Below, piece by piece: positions 1 to 9,549 of a DNA stretch of 11,514 nucleotides. Source of the stretch: Azolla caroliniana. Taxonomy: Eukaryota; Plantae; Polypodiophyta. The DNA lies in assembly GCA_043228905.1 (NCBI GenBank), contig JBHGNT010001151.1:1-11514 (forward strand), in the 5' to 3' direction. The notes beneath the pieces are model-generated. The model did not search any database, was not told where the DNA came from, and saw only the letters and a program-made list of their open reading frames with translations. Positions within the stretch are counted from its first letter, which is position 1; every line of letters starts with the position of its first letter. The translations under genes and the position numbers were made by a program.

Positions 1-914
1 ATGAGTGTAGCATGACTATGATGTGCATTGAAAGCATTGATGAATGTGAGTGAAAGTAAATTTAGACACCATAAACCCCATGTTTTAACTTACTAATCTA
101 CAACTATGAACCCATTAATAATATTCACTGAAGCACATCTTGTTCAAGTAACACATCAATGTTCCCCTATGTAACAATGCTCAATCTATGTCATTATCAC
201 TCCCTATTTTCCGTTCAATCAAATTCTATCATCGAGAAATGGCAAAAGGTTTACTTTTACAAAAGATATTTCTTCAAATTAGTCTTGTGATCAAAGACAT
301 CAGCCTAAGCGAGACAAAGAGGTTGCTAAGGGTTGGAATACTTAGCATTCTGAATTATATAGTGCACATCATGATCCATAATTGGTAAGTTTATAATCCT
401 AAGGAATATGGTAAACCAATTTATATACTACAGAACAAAAATAGATGGCATAACATCTATTGCAAAAACTATTAGATGATTGTTTGAGATTATTCTGATC
501 AAAAGCACAAACTTAGGTTTCATAATCCTGCTTGAAAAAACAAATGAGAGTATGAGGATGTAAGGTAATGTAAGGTAATTATATAGAAGAAAAAATGATT
601 GCATATTGTAATTTGCAAAGGCACGTCTTTGAAAATGGACATGGTGAAGTTTCAAATAAATATCTAGAAACGTTTTAGAATGTCAGTCAGTCAGACGGTG
701 CTATCAAATAGAGCCCACCTACAAATTTTGCTTCAAACTTAACAACTTGCTAACGAATCATCGCAGCGTCAGAAATAAGATTCGGCTACTTTGGACTCCA
801 GTCATAACAATGCAGAAAGTCCAAAGGCGCCGAAACTTAGAAAAATATTTGATACATCAATATCCATATTTATCTGTTACAATAAAATTACATTGTCATC
901 ATTACCTAGAAAAG

Positions 915-1454
915 CTAGGTAAGACTGGAGTTTCTATGGTGTTTAGAATTCCTTGAATGATGGCCTCTCACATTGCCACTTGGAAGACTCTGATCCTGTA
1001 CATCATTTCCCTTGGTCTTACATATGTGAGATTTTATTAGGCCTCCTAGACCTCGAGCTTTTCCGAGCTTCCCTAACTCCTCACGCATCTCTGAGCACTC
1101 TTTTTCAAGGTCATTCACACGAACCTTCATTTGGTCCATGTCTGTCTTCAAGGCTTGATTGTCTCGAATGGCATTCGCCCACCCATCTCCCCTTAAACTC
1201 CTATCAACCGGAGGCACCACTCGATCTGCCATAGATTGATGATGATCCAATGGTTGTGAATTGTCTGTAAGCATAAAAGAGCTCGCAATAGCCGTACGGA
1301 GTTTTAGCTGCTCAAAGAAGAGGACTTGCACAATGATGCGTAGAGGAAGACGTTCATTTTGTGCTGCATGAGCACAAGCATCCAGAGAGAGCTTCTGACA
1401 ATCCATCGACCGGCATAACTGCTCTCTTTCGTCCTCTCTAATCCATGGATGAGC
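915..1454 (-). CDS. NRL: NRL coding exon 4 (end of NPH3 domain, coiled coil, C-terminus ..HRNSSLT*)
   Basis: Acceptor TTGAAG|GCT CAT CCA TGG; ORF 915..1460; AHPW..QNERLPLR motifs; coiled-coil-like DNQALKTDMDQMKVRVNDLEKECSEMREEL; TAG at 917-915. Confidence 0.93.
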   Translation of the reverse strand, partial: AHPWIREDEREQLCRSMDCQKLSLDACAHAAQNERLPLRIIVQVLFFEQLKLRTAIASSFMLTDNSQPLDHHQSMADRVVPPVDRSLRGDGWANAIRDNQALKTDMDQMKVRVNDLEKECSEMREELGKLGKARGLGGLIKSHICKTKGNDVQDQSLPSGNVRGHHSRNSKHHRNSSLT

Positions 1455-1735
1455 CTTCAAACATTAAAAAAATGTATCATAAAAAACGGCATATTGTTCC
1501 AATAAATGGATGAGCCTTTGAACTTTTTTAAAAAATTTGCACGATGTCATAAAATATTGTATATTGCCTTAGAAAGAACCACCATATTGCTATTGCTATG
1601 TCCATCAATGCACTGTGAACATTTAAAAACATTAATAAAATGGCATACTGTCTTAAGCAAATAGCCATATTGTTCAATGCTATCTCAATGTGTGCTGAGC
1701 CTTCAAAGCATGGCACATTGTGTTATGCCATATCA
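1445..1735. repeat. Degenerate tandem repeats in NRL intron 3, including copies of the 3' splice-site region
   Basis: ATGGATGAGCCTT at 1445-1457 and 1506-1518; TGAGCCTTCAAA at 1450-1461 and 1696-1707; recurrent GGCATA(T/C)TG and CCATATTG blocks. Confidence 0.75.
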
Positions 1736-1783
1736 ATACTAGATTTTACAGGTGAAAGTAACAAATTATATGTAGGGACAAAC

Positions 1784-2988
1784 CTTCAAATATATGTCGA
1801 TAGCCCGATAAAGCCCATCATTGGAAACTCTGGCAAAATCTGGGAGAGCCTCTGCCAGAGATTGAAATTTTGATGGCTTTACATTCACATCAGGTGCAAT
1901 TTCTGCAAGATAGTCATCCATCAGCCTTGCTACCATCATCATGGGAGTCAGTGAAGGGGAGTCTATCACATGCTCATCATCATCAGATGGCATAGGTGGT
2001 ATGATGGATCTGGACGATTGTTCACGGAGAATGAAATGTTCCAGAATTCTCTGTACACAATCAATATCATATAAAGTATCGAGATTGTAAGCTAGATTTG
2101 GTAGCAACAAATCTTCCAGGTTAGCCTGCTCAAGCTGCAAACCAATCCTCCTCTCAATGTTGCTTCTGCATTCAGGGCTCGCCGACAACATAAAAGCACT
2201 TCGAAGCAAGCCACATAGAAACTTGGTTGGTACCACTGCTTTTCGCACAGGTAAAAGGTTTTCAATCATTTCTAACACAACTTTCTGATCATCTTCTGAT
2301 GGGACTGAGGAAAGAGAGAGAGATCCAAACATACTGCTTCCTTCCTTCGTAGTTTGCCGCTTATGAAGTGCTGGAAGGTATCTCCTTGCAAAATGCATCA
2401 ATGAGCCCGCAATATTCTCCGGCCTTATGCCTCGCTTTTGCATTGCAACTATGACTCTCTTATAAAGGGGAAGACTTAGCGAAGCAACATCTTCATACCA
2501 CCAATCACTGCGAGGCCTCTTTGGCCGTGCCCCTGTGCTTATGCCATTCCATAAGAAACTTCCACCTGGACTTTGTGCTGAAGTGTTGGGCATCGGCCAT
2601 CCAAGTAAACTCGGCTCTGTACAAGCCTTGAAAGCGACCGCTTCCACACAAGAACTCACAATCCCAAGTTCTTCAGCCTTTGAAAATACAATAGCACAAC
2701 TAGACAATGCTCGAATGCATTCTTTCCAATGCCTTAATACGATTTCGTTGATAAACCCATCAGCACAAGCTATCAAATTCCCTTCCCCAAACTCCTCTGT
2801 CATCTCGAGGTACTCTCCCGCACACCTTAATGGTACCACATTTGTTGCTGTCAGTTCCAACTTAACTCCATAGCAGAACTTTGCTAAGGAATTTCCGAGA
2901 GATCAATATGAGGAATGCCTCCTTCATTCTGCTCCGAACTCTCTTCAATAAGGCGAGCAAGTGTTCCACTCCGAGTAACTAGAGGAAA
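1784..2988 (-). CDS. NRL: NRL coding exon 3 (rest of BTB plus most of the NPH3 domain), frameshifted near 2886
   Basis: Acceptor TTCAG|TTT CCT (FPLVTRSG..IDLSEIP*). A second frame resumes AKFCYGVKLELTATNVV and is the 1766..2860 ORF. Donor AAG|GTTTGT at 1784/1783. Confidence 0.9.
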
Positions 2989-3078
2989 CTGAATAGATGA
3001 TGAATTTTAATAGGGGAATCATAAAAAAATTAGAGGTGGATAGAATGCTTTGATGAAATTAACAAGCATGAAAATCAC

Positions 3079-3148
3079 CTTGTGAAGATGAAAAGACATT
3101 TCGGAAACCTCTATGACAACATCACTCTGAAGCCCAGTAGTACAGAAC
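3079..3148 (-). CDS. NRL: NRL coding exon 2 (W-FCTTGLQSDVVIEVSEMSFHLHK), start of BTB domain
   Basis: Acceptor TGCAG|G at 3149/3148, donor AAG|GTGATT at 3079/3078; 70 nt; phase matches exon 1. Confidence 0.93.
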
Positions 3149-3607
3149 CTGCATCACTTTTATCATGTTAGTATCAACTATCACATATTTCTCACTGCAT
3201 CAGGGAATGTATGCCATTGTCAACATGTCCATTCATTGCAGAATCAATCTGAGATAGGGTGAAGGTTAGCATAAATTTGTCCAAAAAAATCACAAAAAAG
3301 GGTTAATCCTCTAAATTTGCAAATATAACCACATATTTCCAAATGCCGACATGTGTCACCTACAAATCAATAAATAGCATAAGATCTAGCTCTCCAATAG
3401 CAAACCATGTAAGCCAATTCACCGCAAAGAAGATAAATCAGGCCACCATATATGCTAGTTCTCCCAGGGAAAAATTTATGGGTATATGACCTCAGCCTTT
3501 CATAAATGCTGAGAAATATACCATTGACTAGCCAAAAAAGGGGGGCTTGAACTATCGAGAAGCAGAAGCCCATATATATTTCCATGCAATTATATACTGA
3601 CAATTAT

Positions 3608-4110
3608 ATTTCACATAAAATGGCATAGATAATTACTTCATCGCAGGAATAGACAACAGTACATTATGTTTGAGATCGAGTTCTACTATATGGAGTTTAT
3701 CAATCATTATATACATAGAACTCCACAGGTGAATTACAGGTTTAATAAGCCATAACACATTATGTGTGAAATGAAGTTATGAGCCTCTGTTGAGAATTTT
3801 TTACGACTATTTAGTACTTTGTGCAACTATGTTTCGCAGAAAATGCCATAGAAAATGACTGCACTACAGGTTAAAGCAAGAACATATTATGTTTGAGATG
3901 AAATTATACTGGATAATGACTCTCTTTTACCACTTTCCGCTCTTTTACTACTTACTAACTATGGATTTCACATAAAAATGGCACAGATAATGAATGCATC
4001 ATAGATTTAACCAAGAACCCATCACGTTTGAGTTGAAGTTCTACGAAATAATGAGCTGACTTGACTAATTTGGATGGTTTTACCAATTTTTCTGCTCTTT
4101 TTTTCACATA
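3608..4110. repeat. Degenerate ~100-135 bp tandem array (about 4 units) in NRL intron 1
   Basis: TTTCACATAAAATGGCATAGATAAT-like blocks at ~3608, 3832, 3965 and (partial) 4101; ATTATGTTTGAGATGAAGTT-like blocks at ~3661, 3757, 3884 and 4021, each ~50-55 nt after a unit start. Confidence 0.75.
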
Positions 4111-4121
4111 AGGCCACTTAC

Positions 4122-4180
4122 CATGCTTGCCCTTTCCGTTGAAAACCATCAACCTTTGATCCGATCTTGACGCAGGCCAT
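4122..4180 (-). CDS. NRL: NRL coding exon 1 (MACVKIGSKVDGFQRKGQA+TG)
   Basis: ATG at 4180-4178; 59 nt; donor TG|GTAAGT at 4121; typical NRL N-terminus. Confidence 0.92.
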
Positions 4181-4244
4181 GTCGTTTGAACAGAACCTGG
4201 AAATGGGTTGTCGAAATGAATGAGTGGAAAGGCCGAGCCACGTA

Positions 4245-4292
4245 TTAGGGAATATGCGGAGGTTGAGGCGCCATGGAAGCTCAGAGAGCCAT
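4245..4292 (-). promoter_or_regulatory. Two candidate uORFs in the putative NRL 5' leader (MAL*, 4292-4281; MAPQPPHIP*, 4274-4245)
   Basis: Read directly from the sequence; both ATGs have +4 G. Whether they lie in the mRNA is unknown. Confidence 0.4.
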
Positions 4293-4293
4293 A

Positions 4294-4345
4294 AGAGAGA
4301 GAGAGAGAGAGAGAGAGCAGAGAAGAGGAGGAAGAAGAAGAAGAA
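4294..4345. repeat. (AG)12 microsatellite plus GAA/GAG-rich run; pyrimidine-rich (CT/CTT) tract on the gene strand
   Basis: Perfect AG repeat 4294-4317, GAA repeats to 4345; CT tracts are common in plant 5' UTRs and core promoters. Confidence 0.9.
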
Positions 4346-4395
4346 TCAAAAGGGCTTAACTAGAAGTTAAATAATTAACCATGGTTACGAGTCAA

Positions 4396-4711
4396 TTTTT
4401 TATTTTTGTTACTTATTAAATTTTTATTTACTGTTTTTTATTTTGTTATTTTGTTATTTGTTATTTGTTATTTGTTATTTTTTATTTTTTATTTATTTAC
4501 TGTTTATTTTTTATTTTTTATTTATTTACTGTTTATTTTTTATTTTTTATTTTTTATTTTTTATTTTTTATTTTTTATTTTTTATTTTTTATTTTTTATT
4601 TTTTATTTTTATTTATTTACTATTGATTATTGATTATTTATTTACTATTTATTATTGATTATTGATTATTTATTATTTATTATATGTTTTTTATTTGCTA
4701 TTTGTTATTTT
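4396..4711. repeat. T-rich compound heptamer array
   Basis: (TTATTTG)3 at 4454-4474, (TTTTTTA)10 at 4536-4605, (TATTGAT)2 at 4621-4634 and 4653-4666. Confidence 0.95.
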
Positions 4712-5841
4712 GTGATTGCCATTGTTGTTTACTAGTGGTTGTGATTGTGGTGGTGGTGGTGGTTAAGATTCCGGGGCGAGCACAAAACGATTTCTAAACA
4801 TGCACCCGCTCCACCGAATCTTCGATTGTATCATATGCTTCTAAGCAAGCTTGATGTATTATATCTTGCTTTTCTCGAGATTGCACTGGTACGACTATTC
4901 GTAGCTATGGTCTTTTGTATGGCCTCCCTGCCCTAATCAAGCCCCCATCTTTTCATTAATGCATCTGATTGTATGTGTGAATCAGATAGATGGGCGTTAA
5001 GGGTTGGCCACACAACTCATATGCACTACTGAGACTAAGGCACCTACCCCAATAACAATATTGATCAATATGTTCTCTTGCTAAAGAGATAAAGTCCCTT
5101 TTTAACAACATTGAAACAGATTATTTGTGGGAAGTTGCCGGAATATTGATCATCCTATGGTAAAAGTGTTCTTAAGAATGGGGAGGTAATGTAAGTATGC
5201 ATATAAAGAAGCAAACTTCTATGTTGATCTTGTGGGCACCACGAGGAATCTTAAGGACCTCAACAAATGTAAGAGAAACTCGACTAGTTTCCATCAACGT
5301 GCAATGGCTAATTATTAATGAACATCTTGTTAACCGAGGCCATGTCTTAGAATCGGATGTGACCCCCAAGAATGTCACCAACTTCTATTGGTTTCTGGCG
5401 CAAGATGACACCAATCTAAATAATTGTTTGCATCCCAAACAAAGAACATTTATGAATGTGCTTTGTCATCATTACTTTTTAAAGAACTAATAGACATGTT
5501 TCGTTTATTGGCAGTGTGGGACAGGAACTTGGTAATGATGTGAATGAGAATAAATTCAGTAGTGGTCCAATTACAAGTAGCATAAAGCATACCAAGTAAG
5601 GATTTGCAAATGTATACCCCTTTGTTATCCAATGACAAGAATGACATCCAATTGATGTGTGGTCATTTCTGGTATAGCATAAGTTTAATTCGAAGCTTAT
5701 GATTTGAGGAATAGATTATTCAATTCAAAGCGCTAACATATAGCTACTTATGCAATTAACATGCATTGTTTGCAATATGTACAACAAGACATTACATGTA
5801 AATAAAAGTGTGATGCCTTGCCTGCCTCGTATTCACTAAAA

Positions 5842-5874
5842 TAGCGTGAAATCAACCTTTACACACGAACTCGT

Positions 5875-5926
<52 letters not shown>

Positions 5927-6041
5927 ATAAAATATGGAAAAGGAAAGTGCGCATGAAGGGTGAAGTGCACGTTAAGACTCCACCACACTACGAAGAAAAG
6001 AAATGAAAACATCATAAACATGCAAATGTTATTTCACGCTA
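5842..6041. mobile_element. Possible 200-bp MITE-like unit with imperfect terminal inverted repeats
   Basis: TAGCGTGAAAT (5842-5852) and ATTTCACGCTA (6031-6041) form a perfect 11-bp inverted repeat, extendable imperfectly to ~21 bp; both ends are TA. Confidence 0.3.
5876..5923. repeat. (AG)24 microsatellite
   Basis: Perfect dinucleotide repeat. Confidence 0.97.
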
Positions 6042-8154
6042 AATCATTCAAGATACCTTTAAAATTTTGATACTTGGAGTTGGAACTATCTCGATTTCAT
6101 CGTACATTGTGAACATTGAACAACTGTTTAATGGTGAAGATCTAACATGTCTAACGTATTCTATTTTAGACTTTAATAATAATCACATCCTCATTGCATT
6201 ATTTTATGTCGATGCATCGTTGACAAATGTAACGTATATAACTTGCAATTTGTAAAGTTGTGTTAACTTTTTCCATCCACGTGGACATAGGCTTATATAT
6301 GCCCCAAGGTGGTTAAGTCCAAAGCCTCACAAGTACATATTGTAAAAATAAAAGCAAGTCACTCATTAAAAGTATTGTATGCACGCAATATGGCTGGTCA
6401 AGTCGATTTTAAAAAATGCTCATAAACTCGGTTAAGTATTTTGAAATATTAATAGGGAAAACAAGTTAGCTTTTTTCGAATGAGTCTAATAGATAAAGTC
6501 GAATATTTGAAGTACATCATTTTATTTGAATATAACGAAAATGGATCGCATCATCTAAAGATATTGGTGTTGGCAGAATGATCGCATAGAGTATATTAGG
6601 TTACATTAATATGTTGGAAACTAAGAATGACGAGAATGGAAGTGTTGTAAAGTTGAGCTAGTGGAGATTGTTTTCACATCACATCAACTACTGAAACGAC
6701 AAGAACTACCAATCGAAGAAGGCATAGAATGTTCAAAACAATATAAAGCGAGAATGCAAGAACCTCAAAGTGATATTCGTAAAAAGGAAAAAAGGTCTTC
6801 GTGATTAAATGCAAAGTTGTCATAATAGTAAAGTGACAGTTTATTTGTTGCCGAGGAAATATTATGATATTAAGAAGTGATCCACTCGCCTTGCTAAAAT
6901 CTGCATGGAAAACGAGAATCTTAGATAATTACCAACACAGTTTAAATAGAAGACAAGGTAAACATGATATTCGAGCCTTTCACTCCTCTTTCTGTCACAT
7001 CGCACCATCATAAGATACTCTTGAAGGGTTAAAACTCCAGTCTCTAACAACCACAAGATGCTATACGTGCACATGACTTCAATAAACCAAGGTCAATGTC
7101 TCGTGAGTTAGTTGAATATGCCATATTTTGATGGTTAGAGAGTAAATTAATGACAAATTGACAAGTGCATGGTGAGCTTTGCCACGTGAGTGTTTTTATT
7201 AAAGGCAAATATATGTTCTTTTGTTAATGGCATGGCAATGGAAAGAAAGTCTTAAAACGACATAAACATAGGCAAAAAAAAATAGTCATGAAGAAATGGA
7301 ATCTTATGGTCAATGGTCATCAAAAAAATAGGCGAGACTTACAAATCTCTTTCATTGAGATAAACTCCTAATATAATATTGGTTGTTCTCGAGTGTCTTA
7401 GAGGGGTCCAAGCTACCACAAGTAACGATTATTATCCTAAGCTCATGAACCTTCAATTGAATCAAGTCCTCTTTACGAGCTATATTACTGAAGTGCATAA
7501 GCATTGTAACCTTCACACATCATTAATGAACTGCATATTCACCACTTTATCTATTTGTTTTCTTGCACAATGTTGTGCCTAGACGCCTGACATCTTAATG
7601 ATGATTGTCTCCTTCTACCTTGGTACCAAAGAGATCGTCTCCTTCTCTATTGTTTGAGGTGGATAACCCGCCAAAGTTCCACGACGATAATGAATAAGTG
7701 AAACAAAGAATGAAGATAGGGCTAGCTATGACTATATTTTGATGGCCATACTTGCTTTTTGAGTTATCTTTTACAATTGGTTTTTCAACTTAAAATGCCC
7801 TTAATTTTACATTTAATTTATAAAATGTACCATGCATTTTCACGTTCTTAACTTAGAGGTGAAGCTACTTTAATTTAGAAAAGAGAACAAATATAACGTT
7901 ATAATGAGAAGATCGAGTATCGTTGATTCTATCCTCCGACATGCTCGTGCATGTATAAAAAATGCTTCCCAAGCAAGTTCTTCATACCTTTTCACCCTCT
8001 CAAATATATTCACTTGAATGCATCAAGTGTTGCAGCAACACCCACAAAAACTTCTGTCATGTGCTTTTATGGCATTTTGTCTTCAAGTTCCTCGTTCACA
8101 TGTGAGTGTACCCAAATGAATCACCAAAATCACTTGTCAAAGCCTTGCCATGTC

Positions 8155-8170
8155 GGGGGGGGGGGGGGGG
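8155..8170 (+). repeat. G16 homopolymer
   Basis: 16 consecutive G inside the transposase relic. Confidence 0.95.
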
Positions 8171-9549
8171 ATTTTGTCACTATCATTTCTTCACCCAAAT
8201 ACTCTCCATGTCTCTTTAAATGACCAACCCTCACAATAATATTGAAGTACACCCATAAAGGGGGAGCAAATTTCCATTCGTCAAGCTTCATCATCAACCA
8301 AAGTATTGCTTGAGGTAACAACATTTGTTTTAGAGAGACAACAAAATTTCCAGCCATATTGTGCCTTTGTTTTTTGACACTTCAATGTCTTTAGCATGAT
8401 GGTGGAGATTGAATTAGTTCACTGCATTAAAAAGAGGCAAGTCATAGAAACTAACATTTAAGTTATCGATAATGGCACACACTTGATCCTTAGCAAGTTT
8501 AATGCATCCCCTAATGAATCATGGGTAAATTTATGTAGATTGGCATCCCCTCCTCAATACGTCCAAGAACAACATTGCTTTTCATTTGGGGATTCAATAA
8601 AATAATAGCATTTACTTGTGAATTTCATCATTCTTATCCTAGATCTAGATATACTCTCTTGCAAAAGGTTCCAAGAAATTTAAATACTTTTGTTCCATGA
8701 CCAATACTTACTTGGGGCTTTAAAAATCCACAAGTCAATTTGGAAACAATAAGACCACTCGTGTGCCCGATACTAAGTTCAATGCTTCTTCATGGAATTT
8801 GTATTTGAAATATTCAACTATGATAATATATCGACTTGCATGCATATAGGAAATCGAATACTTCATATTCCAAACTTATTGTATCAATGGATAAGTTTTT
8901 TCTCTTTTCCACATACCAAGAATGGTGGGCATTAATGAAACCATGCACACCATAACCTCACAACAATATAACCGTATGGCACCATCAATTTGAAGATGTC
9001 AATTAACATCTAGATCCATGACTTTCTTAATGTTCGTAAATTCATTGGAACGTTTCACAAAAATATTCAAACATGAATTGAATTTATTAGGCAACTTTTC
9101 CACAAATAGTAGCTCTAGCTAGGAATGTTGTACGCACACCTTTTCGGGTGGAAGCTTCACGATAAGCTTTTTCAATGAATTCCAAGAGCATATAGATTGC
9201 ATCATTGCACATGCACCACCCATTGCACCGCATTCATTTCCAACCATACATGATACGATTTTTTTTTTACATCACAATAATTTTTCTTTCAAATGGACCT
9301 CTTTCATCCAACAACAGTTTCAATGAATTGGGGTAATATTGATTTCTTTCCCATTTGGTATTGTTAATAAAGTCATGAAAGCAAATTCCTTGGGCCCAAG
9401 TTAACTTCATCCTAAATAAATACTATAGATGATAAGAGACATTCCTAGTGTGTTGTTTATACTCTGGTAAATCATAATCTAGTAAAAGGTGACTCCCTCA
9501 TGCATGTTTCTTGACTTTCCAAGAATGGCTAGACGTTTCCCACATGAAA

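Larger units (their letters stand above)
915..4180 (-). pseudogene. NRL: NPH3/RPT2-like (NRL) BTB/POZ-NPH3 gene, resembling the At1g30440-type group; frameshifted in exon 3 as sequenced (null allele, young pseudogene or assembly error)
   Basis: Four exons with GT-AG introns translate to MACVKIGSK..QAWFCTTGLQSDVVIEVSEMSFHLHKFPL (BTB), SPGGSFLWNGISTGARPK..SDWWYED, DGLYRAIDIYLKAHPW and MDCQKLSLDACAHAAQNERLPLRIIVQVLFFEQ (NPH3 domain). Exon 3 is 1205 nt between two phase-0 junctions (not divisible by 3), with an in-frame TAG at 2886-2884. Family identity is high confidence; pseudogene status is less certain. Confidence 0.75.

Noticed and set aside
559-695. Short tandem repeats (TGTAAGGTAA)2 and (CAGT)n downstream of the gene
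   Set aside because: Ordinary slippage-level repeats.
953-2873. Plus-strand ORFs 953..1234, 1640..1873 and 2535..2873
   Set aside because: Antisense shadows of the NRL gene with no recognisable motifs.
4406-4658. Phe/Ile/Tyr/Leu-rich ORFs 4406..4633 and 4443..4658 resembling membrane peptides
   Set aside because: Artefacts of the T-rich heptamer array; TTG starts, no ATG.
5836-6021. ORF with SLSLSL run
   Set aside because: Translation of the (AG)24 microsatellite.
6276-7188. G-boxes TCCACGTGGA (6276-6285) and GCCACGTG (7181-7188)
   Set aside because: Isolated short motifs 2-3 kb from the gene; function cannot be supported from sequence alone.
7565-7646. GCACAA/TTGTGC hairpin plus CTAG, TTGGTACCAA palindrome resembling a tRNA-Met PBS, and a 14-bp direct repeat
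   Set aside because: Hairpin-to-CTAG spacing is wrong for a Helitron end; the PBS-like match is imperfect with no adjacent LTR CA end.
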